NCBI GenBank assembly: GCA_002269645.1
Contig: NIVC01000661.1
Span: 268,724 to 332,723 of the forward strand
Direction of reading: 5' to 3'
Source of the DNA: Macrostomum lignano
Taxonomy: Eukaryota
Length of the DNA stretch: 64,000 nt
Shown here: in pieces, positions 26,885 to 41,158 of the stretch
Numbering within the stretch: position 1 is the stretch's first letter
Layout: every line of letters begins with the position of its first letter
Made by a program: the position numbers and the translations under genes
The notes under the pieces: model-generated
Database searches by the model: none
What the model was told of the DNA's origin: nothing
The model's input: the letters and a program-made list of their open reading frames with translations, nothing else

Positions 26885-29800
26885 TATTCTAGTGTCTATT
26901 CTCAGTATCAATATCTATTCTCAGTGTCAGTGTCTATTCTCCGTGTCAGTGTCTATTCTCCGAGTCAGTGTCTATTCTCAGTGTCAGTGTCTATTCTCAG
27001 TGTCAGTGTCTATTCTCGGTGTCAGTATCTATTCTCAGCGTCAGTATCTATTCTCAGTGTCAGTATCTATTTTCAGTGTCAGTGTCTATTCTCAGTGTCA
27101 GTATCTATTCTCATTGTCAGTGTCTATTCTCAGAGTCAGTATCTATTCTCAGTGTCAGTATCTATTCTCAGTGTCAGTTTCTATTCTCGGTGTCAGTGTC
27201 TATTCTCAGTGTCAATGTCTATTCTCAGTGTCAGTATCTATTCTCGGTGTCAGTGTCTATTCTCAGTGTCAGTGTCTATTCTCAGTGTCAGTTTCTATTC
27301 TCGGTGTCAGTGTCTATTCTCGGTGTCAGTGTCTATTCTCAGTGTCAGTATCTATTCTCATTGTCAGTGTCTATTCTCAGTGTCAGTGTCTATTCTCGGT
27401 GTCAGTATCTATTCTCAGTGTCAGTATCTATTCTCAGTGTCAGTTTCTATTCTCGGTGTCAGTGTCTATTCTCGGTGTCAGTGTCTATTCTCAGTGTCAA
27501 TGTCTATTCTCAGTGCCAGTGTCTATTCTCGGTGTCAGTGTCTACTCTCAGTGTCAGTATCTATTCTCGGTGTCAGTGTCTATTCTCAGTGTCAGTGTCT
27601 ATTCTCAGTGTCAGTGTCTATTCTCAGTGTCAGTTTCTATTCTCGGTGTCAGTGTCTATTCTCGGTGTCAGTGTCTATTCTCAGTGTCAGTATCTATTCT
27701 CATTGTCAATGTCTATTCTCAGTGTCAGTGTATATTCTCAGTGTCAGTATCTATTCTCATTGTCAGTGTCTATTCTCAGTGTCAGTGTCTATTCTCGGTG
27801 TCAGTGTCTATTCTCAGTGTCAGTATCTATTCTCATTGTCAGTGTCTATTCTCAGTGTCAGTGTCTATTCTCGGTGTCAGTATCTATTCTCGGTGTCAGT
27901 GTCTATTCTCGGTGTCAGTGTCTATTCTGTCAGTGTCTATTCTCAGTGTCAGTTTCTATTCTCGGTGTCAGTGTCTATTCTCGGTGTCAGTGTCTATTCT
28001 CGGTGTCAGTGTCTATTCTCGGTGTCAGTGTCTATTCTCGGTGTCAGTGTCTATTCTCAGTGTCAGTATCTATTCTCAGCGTCAGTATCTATTCTCATTG
28101 TCAGTATCTATTCTCAGTGTCAGTGTCTATTCTCGGTGTCAGTGTCTATTCTCAGTGTCAGTATCTATTCTCATTGTCAGTGTCTATTCTCGGTGTCAGT
28201 GTCTATTCTCGGTGTCAGTGTCTATTCTCGGTGTCAGTGTCTATTCTCGGTGTCAGTGTCTATTCTGTCAGTGTCTATTCTCAGTGTCAGTTTCTATTCT
28301 CGGTGTCAGTGTCTATTCTCGGTGTCAGTGTCTATTCTCGGTGTCAGTGTCTATTCTCGGTGTCAGTGTCTATTCTCGGTGTCAGTGTCTATTCTCGGTG
28401 TCAGTGTCTATTCTCGGTGTCAGTGTCTATTCTCAGTGTCAGTGTCTATTCTCAGTGTCAGTATCTATTCTCATTGTCAGTGTCTATTCTCAGTGTCAGT
28501 GTCTATTCTCGGTGTCAGTGTCTATTCTCGGTGTCAGTGTCTATTCTCGGTGTCAGTGTCTATTCTCGGTGTCAGTGTCTATTCTCGGTGTCAGTATCTA
28601 TTCTCAGTGTCAGTATCTATTTTCAGTGTCAGTGTCTATTCTCAGTGTCAGTATCTATTCTCATTGTCAGTGTCTATTCTCAGAGTCAGTATCTATTCTC
28701 AGTGTCAGTATCTATTCTCAGTGTCAGTTTCTATTCTCGGTGTCAGTGTCTATTCTCAGTGTCAATGTCTATTCTCAGTGTCAGTATCTATTCTCGGTGT
28801 CAGTGTCTATTCTCAGTGTCAGTGTCTATTCTCAGTGTCAGTTTCTATTCTCGGTGTCAGTGTCTATTCTCGGTGTCAGTGTCTATTCTCAGTGTCAGTA
28901 TCTATTCTCATTGTCAGTGTCTATTCTCAGTGTCAGTGTCTATTCTCGGTGTCAGTATCTATTCTCAGTGTCAGTATCTATTCTCAGTGTCAGTTTCTAT
29001 TCTCGGTGTCAGTGTCTATTCTCGGTGTCAGTGTCTATTCTCAGTGTCAATGTCTATTCTCAGTGCCAGTGTCTATTCTCGGTGTCAGTGTCTACTCTCA
29101 GTGTCAGTATCTATTCTCGGTGTCAGTGTCTATTCTCAGTGTCAGTGTCTATTCTCAGTGTCAGTGTCTATTCTCAGTGTCAGTTTCTATTCTCGGTGTC
29201 AGTGTCTATTCTCGGTGTCAGTGTCTATTCTCAGTGTCAGTATCTATTCTCATTGTCAATGTCTATTCTCAGTGTCAGTGTATATTCTCAGTGTCAGTAT
29301 CTATTCTCATTGTCAGTGTCTATTCTCAGTGTCAGTGTCTATTCTCGGTGTCAGTGTCTATTCTCAGTGTCAGTATCTATTCTCATTGTCAGTGTCTATT
29401 CTCAGTGTCAGTGTCTATTCTCGGTGTCAGTATCTATTCTCGGTGTCAGTGTCTATTCTCGGTGTCAGTGTCTATTCTGTCAGTGTCTATTCTCAGTGTC
29501 AGTTTCTATTCTCGGTGTCAGTGTCTATTCTCGGTGTCAGTGTCTATTCTCGGTGTCAGTGTCTATTCTCGGTGTCAGTGTCTATTCTCGGTGTCAGTGT
29601 CTATTCTCAGTGTCAGTATCTATTCTCAGCGTCAGTATCTATTCTCATTGTCAGTATCTATTCTCAGTGTCAGTGTCTATTCTCGGTGTCAGTGTCTATT
29701 CTCAGTGTCAGTATCTATTCTCATTGTCAGTGTCTATTCTCGGTGTCAGTGTCTATTCTCGGTGTCAGTGTCTATTCTCGGTGTCAGTGTCTATTCTCGG

Positions 29801-30215
29801 TGTCAGTGTCTATTCTGTCAGTGTCTATTCTCAGTGTCAGTTTCTATTCTCGGTGTCAGTGTCTATTCTCGGTGTCAGTGTCTATTCTCGGTGTCAGTGT
29901 CTATTCTCGGTGTCAGTGTCTATTCTCGGTGTCAGTGTCTATTCTCGGTGTCAGTGTCTATTCTCGGTGTCAGTGTCTATTCTCAGTGTCAGTGTCTATT
30001 CTCAGTGTCAGTATCTATTCTCATTGTCAGTGTCTATTCTCAGTGTCAGTGTCTATTCTCGGTGTCAGTGTCTATTCTCGGTGTCAGTGTCTATTCTCGG
30101 TGTCAGTGTCTATTCTCGGTGTCAGTGTCTATTCTCGGTGTCAGTGTCTATTCTCGGTGTCAGTGTCTATTCTCGGTGTCAGTGTCTATTCTCAGTCTCA
30201 GTATCTATTCTCAGC
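26885..30215. repeat. 19-bp minisatellite (ctattctcagtgtcagtgt) with a 1,550-bp higher-order duplication
   Basis: About 175 units; variant markers at 27071/28621 and 27511/29061 are 1,550 apart. Confidence 0.93.
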
Positions 30216-30799
30216 ATCATAACTTTTTTGTGTACAAAATGAATCACCCAGACTTTCTACTAGTAAACAGTAGAGTAGTTTGAGCTTTTCTTCGCAAATG
30301 CAAGAAACGGGCGAATTTTAGTTAGCAAAGGGCAACAGTATAATCTAAATGAAACTATATATAATTTAATACAAAGAAACTTAAGGCAGGGGGATATATA
30401 GAAACCATTAATTTGTCGAAGTTCTAAGCACTCAGCAGGTAGTTCAGTCTCGATCATTCACTTCAGACACTGTGGAAAAAACTTGATCAGCCTGATAGGA
30501 AAAATTGTCAGACTTGATGCAGCCGTCAGTCAAACTCATAAGATGGAGAATCTTTGAAGTTCTCTATAATCTGGAGCATTTCTCCTTCTTAATCTGAAGG
30601 CTAATTTGCACCTGATCCCATAATTGCGGTTGCAATTAGGCAGGATTTCTTGGTGTGTAATGCTGCAATGCTATTTGCTATGCGAGATTTCTTCCCCAGC
30701 ATCAAATGCACTGCATCAGTGGGTTTCCCAGCTGTTTTTAGCGGTATGTTGTTCCTGTATTCAAATCCATGCTTCTCTTTCAGCGGCCTCTGCTTTAAC

Positions 30800-31110
30800 A
30801 AGCTCTTCTCTCCACTCTTCTCTCTATCCTTCCCTCTCCCCCTCTACCCTTCCCTCTCCCCCTCTACCCTTCCCTCTCCCCCTCTACCCTTCCCTCTCCC
30901 CCTCTACCCTTCCCTCTCCCCCTCTACCCTTCCCTCTCCCCCTCTACCCTTCCCTACCCTCTCTACCCTTCCCTTTCCATTCTCTACCCTTTCCTCTCCA
31001 CTCTCTACCCTTCTCTCTCCCCCTCTACCCTTCCCTCTCCCCTATCTATCCCTCCCTCTCCACTTTCTACCCTTCCTCCTCTCTTCTCCCTTCCCCCGCT
31101 CCTTCTCCTG
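30800..31110. repeat. 20-bp CT-rich repeat (ccctctacccttccctctcc)
   Basis: Direct reading. Confidence 0.85.
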
Positions 31111-31599
31111 CTCTTTTATTCTATAATTTTCCTCATTTTCCATCCATCATTCTCCCTGATGGCATTGAAATTCACTTTTAGAGTCGTGGACTTCAATTTA
31201 AAACAGCCTGTTTTCCTATCACTGCGTCACTGCCAGACTCCTTGCATGATGATCAAATATCTACATGGTCAGCTTTAGTTAATTACTAATTTAGAAAAAA
31301 GGGTTTACATATCGGCAAAATGCAGCATCTTTGCAATGTCCAGCTTAATTCAGACACCTGCTCAAACTCAGGAAATGCTCAGCTTCCTCTTCGTGACTTT
31401 GGATTTTGCTACAGTCAAGCAAGCTGCTCCGCTCCCACCATGCTTACAAGATTTTCCTTTGATTTAGCAGTTCATTCACGCAATCTCAATTAAAATTTAT
31501 CCCAAATGGCTTTTAGAAGGTGGGAACTCCGAGTCTGTTCTCAGGTTCCGGTTAGATCCAGTTTTGAAGTGCGCGAAAACATTTTCTGTTGATCACATC

Positions 31600-31945
31600 T
31601 TACTGGATCACGTGTTTCACATTCCGCATATTTCCCATTCCCTATGTTACACATTATCCATGCTTCACATTCCCCATGTTTCACATTCCCTATGTTTCAC
31701 ATTCCCCAGGCTTCACATTCCCCATGTTTCACATTCCCCAGGCTTCACATTCCCCAGGTTTCACATTCTCCATGCTTCACATTCCCCATGTTTCACATTC
31801 CCCATGTTTCACATTCCCCATGCTTCACATTCCCCATGTTTCACATTCTTCAGGCTTCATATTCCCCATGTTTCACATTCCCCATGCTTCAAATTCCCCA
31901 TGTTTCACATTCCCCATGTTTCACATTCCCTATATATCACATTCT
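31600..31945. repeat. 16-bp minisatellite (tttcacattccccatg)
   Basis: Direct reading; 16-aa period in the overlapping ORFs. Confidence 0.9.
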
Positions 31946-32317
31946 TCATTCCACCTCCGGTTCAGAGATATTGGGATGAAAATGGGAGGAAAATAAGTCA
32001 TAATCAAGCAAGCCTCACAGCCTGAGATAGAAAATGCAAACTGAATGGAACCGCCTGTCACCGCCTGCCCGAATCTCAACAGGTGTGAGGACTGTCAAGG
32101 ATTAAAGAGAGATTTGAGATCATTCGTTGACTTTCAGTCCGAGGCGATGATAATCCACCAAGCTCTGCTCGATTCAAAAAAAATATTTCCAAAACAAAGT
32201 AGGGGTATTAAGGAGGCGGTTGCAACCGCCTATGATGGCGCTGACTTTTGACTTGACCGTGTACTTTTGTGAGATTGACAGCTGGTGGAAAATATTTTCA
32301 ACTGTTGGGATATGTTG

Positions 32318-32654
<337 letters not shown>

Positions 32655-33061
32655 ACACCGAATAGACAATCCATCACATCTGGCACACCTGCCATCAGTA
32701 TTTCTGGAGAATCGATTCACTCGGAGCAGCGCAGGTGATCATCCGGCGGCCTTTGGGAGCCGCCCCAGTCAAGAATCAATTGTCGAGCAGTGACTCCGGA
32801 GAGGCTAAAAGCAAACCAGAGCCTGCTTGGCTTCCACGCTAAAAGCCCAGCAGCAGAAAACGATGCAGCCCAGCATCTCCCGAATCGATGCAGGGAGCGG
32901 AAAAGACCGGGGGGGTGCGGCATCAAACCAAGCGAGTGAATTTTATTGTAAAACGACCGATTGCAGAGCTTGACCTTTTTCCTGCAAAGTATGCCAGCAA
33001 TTCTTTGCCGATCGCTTAAAATGAATGTCCGATATTAAAGTACAAAGAAGGTCAAAAATGC

Positions 33062-36000
33062 CTGACTCTCTACCTCTCTCCTGCATCTGATTCTACCTCT
33101 CTCCTGCATCTGATTCTACCTCACTCCTGCATCTGATTCTACCTCACTCCTGCATCTGACTCTCCTCACTCCTGCATCTGATTCTACCTCACTCCTGCAT
33201 CTGATTCTACCTCACTCCTGCATCTGATTCTACCTCACTCCTGCATCTGACTCTCCTCACTCCTGCATCTGACTCTCCTCACTCCTTCATCTGACTCTCC
33301 TCACTACTGCATCTGACTCTACCTCACTACTGCATCTGACTCTCCTCACTCCTGCATCTGACTCTCCTCACTACTTCATCTGACTCTCTTCACTCCTGCA
33401 TCTGACTCTCCTCACTCCTGCATCTGACTCTACTACCTCACTCCTTCATCTGACTCTCCTCACTCCTGCATCTGACTCTACCTCACTACTGCATCTGACT
33501 CTCCTCACTCCTGCATCTGACTCTCCTCACTACTTCATCTGACTCTCCTCACTCCTGCATCTGACTCTCCTCACTAATGCATCTGACTCTCCTCACTCCT
33601 GCATCTGACTCTCCTCACTCCTGCATCTGACTCTCCTCACTCCTGCATCTGACTCTCCTCACTACTGCATCTGACTCTCCTCACTACTGCATCTGACTCT
33701 CCTCACTACTTCATCTGACTCTCCTCACTACTGCATCTGACTCTCCTCACTCCTTCATCTGACTCTCCTCACTCCTGCATCTGACTCTCCTCACTACTGC
33801 ATCTGACTCTCCTCACTACTGCATCTGACTCTCCTCACTACTGCATCTGACTCTCCTCACTACTTCATCTGACTCTCCTCACTCCTGCATCTGACTCTAC
33901 TACCTCACTCCTTCATCTGACTCTCCTCACTCCTGCATCTGACTCTCCTCACTCCTGCATCTGACTATACTACCTCACTCCTGCATCTGACTCTCCTCAC
34001 TACTGCATCTGACTCTACCTCACTACTGCATCTGACTCTCCTCACTCCTGCATCTGACTCTCCTCACTACTTCATCTGACTCTCCTCACTCCTTCATCTG
34101 ACTCTCCTCACTCCTTCATCTGACTCTCCTCACTCCTGCATCTGACTCTCCTCACTCCTGCATCTGACTCTCCTCACTACTGCATCTGACTCTCCTCACT
34201 ACTGCATCTGACTCTCCTCACTACTTCATCTGACTCTCCTCACTCCTGCATCTGACTCTCCTCACTCCTTCATCTGACTCTCCTCACTCCTGCATCTGAC
34301 TCTCCTCACTCCTGCATCTGACTCTCCTCACTCCTTCATCTGACTCTCCTCACTCCTGCATCTGACTCTCCTCACTCCTGCATCTGACTCTCCTCACTAC
34401 TGCATCTGACTCTCCTCACTACTGCATCTGACTCTCCTCACTACTTCATCTGACTCTCCTCACTCCTGCATCTGACTCTCCTCACTCCTTCATCTGACTC
34501 TCCTCACTCCTGCATCTGACTCTCCTCACTCCTGCATCTGACTCTCCTCACTACTGCATCTGACTCTCCTCACTACTGCATCTGACTCTCCTCACTACTG
34601 CATCTGACTCTCCTCACTACTGCATCTGACTCTCCTCACTCCTGCATCTGACTCTCCTCACTACTGCATCTGACTCTCCTCACTCCTGCATCTGACTATA
34701 CTACCTCACTCCTGCATCTGACTCTCCTCACTCCTGCATCTGACTCTCCTCACTCCTGCATCTGACTCTCCTCACTCCTGCATCTGACTCTCCTCACTCC
34801 TGCATCTGACTGTCCTCACTCCTGCATCTGACTCTACTACCTGACTCCTGCATCTGACTCTCCTCACTCCTGCATCTGACTCTCCTCACTACTGCATCTG
34901 ACTCTACCTCACTACTGCATCTGACTCTCCTCACTCCTGCATCTGACTCTCCTCACTACTTCATCTGACTCTCCTCACTCCTGCATCTGACTCTCCTCAC
35001 TCCTGCATCTGACTCTACTACCTCACTCCTTCATCTGACTCTCCTCACTCCTGTATCTGACTCTCCTCACTCCTGCATCTGACTCTCCTCACTCCTGCAT
35101 CTGACTCTCCTCACTACTGCATCTGACTCTACCTCACTACTGCATCTGACTCTCCTCACTCCTGCATCTGACTCTCCTCACTCCTGCATCTGACTCTACT
35201 ACCTGACTCCTGCATCTGACTCTCCTCACTCCTGCATCTGACTCTCCTTACTCCTGCATCTGACTCTCCTCACTCCTTCATCTGACTCTCCTCACTCCTT
35301 CATCTGACTCTCCTCACTCCTGCATCTGACTCTACTACCTCACTCCTGCATCTGACTCTCCTCACTACTGCATCTGACTCTCCTCACTCCTGCATCTGAC
35401 TCTCCTCACTCCTGCATCTGACTCTCCTCACTACTGCATCTGACTCTCCTCACTACTGCATCTGACTCTCCTCACTCCTGCATCTGACTCTCCTCACTCC
35501 TTCATCTGACTCTCCTCACTCCTTCATCTGACTCTCCTCACTCCTGCATCTGACTCTCCTCACTCCTTCATTTGACTCTCCTCACTCCTTCATCTGACTC
35601 TCCTCACTCCTGCATCTGACTCTCCTCACTACTGCATCTGACTCTCCTCACTACTGCATCTGACTCTCCTCACTACTTCATCTGACTCTCCTCACTCCTG
35701 CATCTGACTCTCCTCACTCCTTCATCTGACTCTCCTCACTCCTGCATCTGACTCTCCTCACTCCTGCATCTGACTCTCCTCACTACTGCATCTGACTCTC
35801 CTCACTACTGCATCTGACTCTCCTCACTACTGCATCTGACTCTCCTCACTACTGCATCTGACTCTCCTCACTACTGCATCTGACTCTCCTCACTCCTGCA
35901 TCTGACTCTCCTCACTACTGCATCTGACTCTCCTCACTCCTGCATCTGACTATACTACCTCACTCCTGCATCTGACTCTCCTCACTCCTGCATCTGACTC

Positions 36001-36870
36001 TCCTCACTCCTGCATCTGACTCTCCTCACTCCTGCATCTGACTCTCCTCACTCCTGCATCTGACTGTCCTCACTCCTGCATCTGACTCTACTACCTGACT
36101 CCTGCATCTGACTCTCCTCACTCCTGCATCTGACTCTCCTCACTACTGCATCTGACTCTACCTCACTACTGCATCTGACTCTCCTCACTCCTGCATCTGA
36201 CTCTCCTCACTACTTCATCTGACTCTCCTCACTCCTGCATCTGACTCTCCTCACTCCTGCATCTGACTCTACTACCTCACTCCTTTATCTGACTCTCCTC
36301 ACTCCTGTATCTGACTCTCCTCACTCCTGCATCTGACTCTCCTCACTCCTGCATCTGACTCTCCTCACTACTGCATCTGACTCTACCTCACTACTGCATC
36401 TGACTCTCCTCACTCCTGCATCTGACTCTCCTCACTCCTGCATCTGACTCTACTACCTGACTCCTGCATCTGACTCTCCTCACTCCTGCATCTGACTCTC
36501 CTTACTCCTGCATCTGACTCTCCTCACTCCTTCATCTGACTCTCCTCACTCCTTCATCTGACTCTCCTCACTCCTGCATCTGACTCTACTACCTCACTCC
36601 TGCATCTGACTCTCCTCACTACTGCATCTGACTCTCCTCACTCCTGCATCTGACTCTCCTCACTCCTGCATCTGACTCTCCTCACTACTGCATCTGACTC
36701 TCCTCACTACTGCATCTGACTCTCCTCACTCCTGCATCTGACTCTCCTCACTCCTTCATCTGACTCTCCTCACTCCTTCATCTGACTCTCCTCACTCCTG
36801 CATCTGACTCTCCTCACTCCTTCATTTGACTCTCCTCACTCCTTCATCTGACTCTCCTCACTCCTGCATT
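33062..36870. repeat. 22-bp minisatellite (ctcctgcatctgactctcctca) with a 1,254-bp higher-order duplication
   Basis: About 170 units; markers at 34694/35948 and 35052/36306. Confidence 0.93.
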
Positions 36871-37329
36871 TGACACCTGCACTCATCAAACTCAATCCCA
36901 GGTCATTACCGCATTATATTTCATTACTGCATTAATCTCCACCCCACCTTCGCAACAGCCCATGCAGCATCTCCATATTTAGATACCATATTTCAGACGG
37001 CTAATGATGAGACAGCATCTTTTGGATTAGTCAGGCAAAATGAGAAGCAAAGACATGACATGTACATGCATTAATTTTAATCAAAAATATTCAGGATAGC
37101 GAGTGTCTGAACAGCACCTACTGCCAAAGCTTCAGCTGAGCTTTTAAGCTCAAGAGATATTCGATGGCTCAAAAATTAATCTGGCTCTTAGCAATCAGTT
37201 ACGGGTGAGTGCTGGAGTGCCTTTAAACTCAATCTGCTGAATGTTCTGTTACTCGAGTCATTGAAGAAATTGATGGAGGCTGGGGTAGTGAATACTTAGA
37301 CAAGGGACAAGTTAACCAGAATGATGCGT

Positions 37330-37585
37330 CACCCTGAGATGTCGGAGTGACCCTGAGATGTCGGAGTGACCCTGAGATGTCGGAGTGACCCTGAGATGTC
37401 AGAGTGACCCTGAGATGTCGGAGTGACCCTGAGATGTCGGAGTGACACAAATAATGTCAAAAAGTGACACTGAGATGTCGGAGTCACACAAATAATGTCA
37501 AAAAGTGACACTAAGATGTCAGAGTGACACAAATAATGTCAAAAAGTGACACTGAGATGTCAGAGTGACACAAATAATGTCAAAC
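37330..37585. repeat. Adjacent 19-bp and 41-bp repeats sharing a gagatgtcrgagtgac core
   Basis: gagatgtcggagtgaccct units followed by longer units with cacaaataatgtcaaaaag inserted. Confidence 0.85.
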
Positions 37586-38244
37586 AGAGACGCTGATATC
37601 GCAAAAGAATTCCACAAGCTCACGATCTGGGCAGGCAATGGGAAAAGCAGTGAATTTCAGCATCCCAGCACGGCACTCACATTAATTAAATCCCAGTGTA
37701 GTGTTTTTAATCCGCTTTCTGCTTTGAATTCTGAATTTGACCGGATGCGGATTAGTCAGGTGTCGCATCAAACGCAGGCCGCTCGAAGCTGCTGGAAATC
37801 CGAGAGTCATTGGGATTTCAGTTTAGCTAATTGGCTGCAGACTGCAGCTGCTCCTCACCCTTAGCGCGCCTTGCATCTTTTTGTGCCTTCAGCTGCTCAA
37901 ACCTTCGCCTACACACTTTGCCTTCCCAACTCTTTGATTCTCGAAATCCCCTATAATCCCCTCTATTCATCGCCCCAATGAAAAGGCTGTGTGTGTTTTT
38001 TTAAAATAGGATTTTCCCGAGAAATAAAGTGGGAAATATTGCTAGTTTTCAATCCGAAGGCGCACACGCGGATGTTGTTGAAGGGCTTTCAGCTAGTCTT
38101 TCGAAGAAACAACATGGCTAAGTCGCGTGCAAGGGACAAATTATGATAAATTTCTCCATAATCTCTTCATATAGAGATGACTTTTCCTCTTCTCGATGTG
38201 AAATTCTAAATTCGGAATTCTGACAAATTAGATCCAGGGCTGTC

Positions 38245-39440
38245 TTGTGATTTAGTGATACTGCACTGTGATTCAGTGATACTGCACTGTGATTAAATGA
38301 TACTGCACTGTGATTCAGTGATACTGCACTGTGATTCAGTGTGACAGTGATACTGCACTGTGATTCAATGATACTGCACTGTGATTCAGTGATACTGCAC
38401 TGTGATTCAGTGATACTGCACTCTGATTCAGTGATACTGCACTGTGATTCAGTGATACTGCACTCTGATTCAGTGATACTGCACTGTGATTCAGTGATAC
38501 TGCACTTTGATTCAGTGACACTTCACTGTGATTCAGTGTGAAAGTGAAACTGCACTGTGATTCAGTGATACTGTACTGTGATCCAGTGTGAAAGTGAAAC
38601 TGCACTGTGATTCAGTGATACTGTACTGTGATTCAGTGATACTGCACTGTGATTCAGTGATACTGCACTGTGATTCAGTGACACTGCACTATGATTCAGT
38701 GTGACAGTGATACTGCACTGCGATTCAGTGATACTGCACTGTGATTCAGTGTGACAGTGATACTGCACTGTGATTCAGTGACACTTCACTGTGATTCAGT
38801 GTGACAGTGATACTGCACTGTGATTCAGTGACGCTGCACTGTGATTCAGTGACACTTCACTGTGATTCAGTGTGACAGTGATACTGCACTGTGCTTCAAT
38901 GATACTGCACTGTGATTCAGTGATACTGCACTGTGATTCAGTGATACTGCACTCTGATTCAGTGATACTGCACTTTGATTCAGTGACACTTCACTGTGTT
39001 TCAGTGTGACAGTGATACTGCACTGTGATTCAGTGACACTGCACTATGATTCAGTGTGACAGTGATACTGCACTGTGATTCAATGATACTGCACTGTGAT
39101 TCAGTGATACTGCACTGTGATTCAGTGATACTGCACTCTGATTCAGTGATACTGCACTGTGATTCAGTGACACTGCACTGCGATTCAGTGTGACAGTGAC
39201 ACTGCGCTGTGACTCAGTGTGACAATGATACTGCACTGTGATGATTCAGTGATACTGCACTGTGATTCAGTGTGACAGTGATACTGCACTGTGATTCAGT
39301 GTGACAATGATACTGCACTGTAATGATTCAGTGATACTGCACTGTGATTCAGTGACACTGCACTGTGATTCAGTGTGACAGTGATACTGCACTGTGATTC
39401 AGTGTGACAGTGACACTGCACTGTGATTTAGTGTGACAAT
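38245..39440. repeat. 21-bp quasi-palindromic minisatellite (cagtgatactgcactgtgatt)
   Basis: Contains cagtg...cactg inverted halves. Confidence 0.92.
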
Positions 39441-39877
39441 GTGACAAAATGACGCAGTAAAACGTTGACAGTTTATAATTGAAAAATAATTCTGGCGCAT
39501 TTATTAATCCCTTGTGCTATACGGGTGCATTCACCCAGGCTGGTTACAATAGCGGCAACGACTGTGCTTTGACAAAGTTTTTAAAATTCTGGGGTGTCAC
39601 ACTGGGACATCTGGGTGTGAGACGTTTTAATAGTTCGTGTTGATCCTTCTGTCTCGAGATACATGCAGAACGAAATGGAAAATTAAATCTACCGGGTGCG
39701 GATACTCCTGCCTACTAGCGCATGTACATGCTGTGAAGCGAATCGGCTCGCACTAAAAACCAAGAGGACAAGAGCCGGATGTGAAGACAACATGCATTGC
39801 GCAGTGATACAATTAAAGCGTAGACATTTATTATTTATGATAATGATTATTCTCCTAAGCAGACAAGTGTCCGCAGG

Positions 39878-41158
39878 CTAAGCGGCAAGTTCATCTGGTG
39901 AGTAGTCAGCCGATTTCGTCGCGACCGTCACCGTGACCAGAGCTGTTGCTATGCCGTTGTTGCCATCGCAACAGCTCTCGGAGTCTTTGCTGTTCTCGCG
40001 GCGCTCCTGACAACCGCCGCCGATGCGTCCATCCTCCTCGCCGTCGCCGTCGGCGTCTTCGCCGTCTGCCGCATCAGCGGTGACGTCACCACAGCAGCCG
40101 CGGCAGCCCCACCGAAGCTGCCAGCGCTTGCCAAGCCGGCAGCAGGAGCAAACGGCGGCCAGCATTCGCTCGCGAAACGATGGCATGATGATGCAATAAA
40201 CCACCGGATTAGCGCACGAGTTGATGGTCACCAAGGCGACGCCGATTAGCTGGGTTGGCGAGCTGTAGATGTACTCCACGAGGTCCAGGTGCCCGAGCAG
40301 GTAGTAGATGCAGTCGTAGCTGAAGCACACAATGAAGATCACCGTGATGATCACGGCGGATTTCGTCAGCTCGGTGGCGGCCCGCTGCCTGAATCTGCTG
40401 TTGTGCAGGCCCTGGTTGCTCAGCCGGTAGACAATGGCGCTGTACAGGCAGACCACGGCAGCCACTGGCAGAAGGTACACCAAGAAGAACCAAAGGAAAC
40501 CATAGACTTTAAACACTTTCTTAAACACCTGGTGAGTGATCTCCGAGCTGCAGTGGTTCGAGTCCCTGTCGAACTCTACAGAGAAGATGTCGATGATGTT
40601 GACGGCAAAGGAGTAGCAGTGCAGGCCGAACAGATGCAGAGCGGCGCTGCGGAAGCTGAGAGTTTTGTACCTGACTGGCCGGAACACGGCGAAGTAGCGA
40701 TCCACAGCGATGAGGACAAGATTCTGCACGCTGGAGAAGACGAAGTACCAATACAGCAGCTGGCTGTTGATCACGTGACACAGGGCGAAGCCGAAGCCAA
40801 GGCTGGAGGTTGGATTCTGGCTGGGCTTTACCAGCAACACCAGGGTGAAGGCGCAGACCATGAAGTCCATGACAGTCTGGTGCAGGAAGACGGCCGTGGC
40901 GAACTGGGATTTGTAGCGCCGGCGGAGCAGGGTGAGGATCACCAGGGCGTTGCCAGCCATACCCAGAGTGGTGAGGCCGCCCTGTACCCAGTGCAGGGTG
41001 CTCACCCACCAAGAGCTCTGTGGCGAGCTACTGTTGCTGGCCGAGAGGTTCAGGTAGCCGGTGCTGCTGTTGGCCAGACCAGTGAGGTTGCCGCCGCCAG
41101 AGCTGGTGGCCAGGCTGTCGAGGAACTCGCGTCGGACATCGGAGGGGTCGGTGGCCAT
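39878..41158 (-). CDS. Intronless class A (rhodopsin-like) GPCR, 426 aa, orphan peptide-receptor-like
   Basis: Seven hydrophobic segments, TM1 GN, TM2 LHQTVMD, TM3 AVDRY, ECL1/ECL2 cysteines, TM5 FLVYLLP, TM7 NSCANPVVY. The N-terminus has several NxS/T sequons. Confidence 0.92.
   Translation of the reverse strand: MATDPSDVRREFLDSLATSSGGGNLTGLANSSTGYLNLSASNSSSPQSSWWVSTLHWVQGGLTTLGMAGNALVILTLLRRRYKSQFATAVFLHQTVMDFMVCAFTLVLLVKPSQNPTSSLGFGFALCHVINSQLLYWYFVFSSVQNLVLIAVDRYFAVFRPVRYKTLSFRSAALHLFGLHCYSFAVNIIDIFSVEFDRDSNHCSSEITHQVFKKVFKVYGFLWFFLVYLLPVAAVVCLYSAIVYRLSNQGLHNSRFRQRAATELTKSAVIITVIFIVCFSYDCIYYLLGHLDLVEYIYSSPTQLIGVALVTINSCANPVVYCIIMPSFRERMLAAVCSCCRLGKRWQLRWGCRGCCGDVTADAADGEDADGDGEEDGRIGGGCQERRENSKDSESCCDGNNGIATALVTVTVATKSADYSPDELAA

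Noticed and set aside
26771-30283. 1,170-, 1,116- and 1,084-aa ORFs, and similar long ORFs over other arrays
   Set aside because: They are open in several frames simply because the repeat units lack stops; no domain, codon or splice support.
32214-32231. 18-bp perfect palindrome aggcggttgcaaccgcct as a Helitron 3' hairpin
   Set aside because: The downstream CTGA is followed by C rather than the expected T, and no 5' TC end or Rep/helicase remnant is evident.
38245-39440. Repeated CACTGTG (RSS heptamer complement) suggesting RAG/Transib signals
   Set aside because: No nonamer at 12/23 spacing and no transposase; the heptamer arises from the quasi-palindromic unit.
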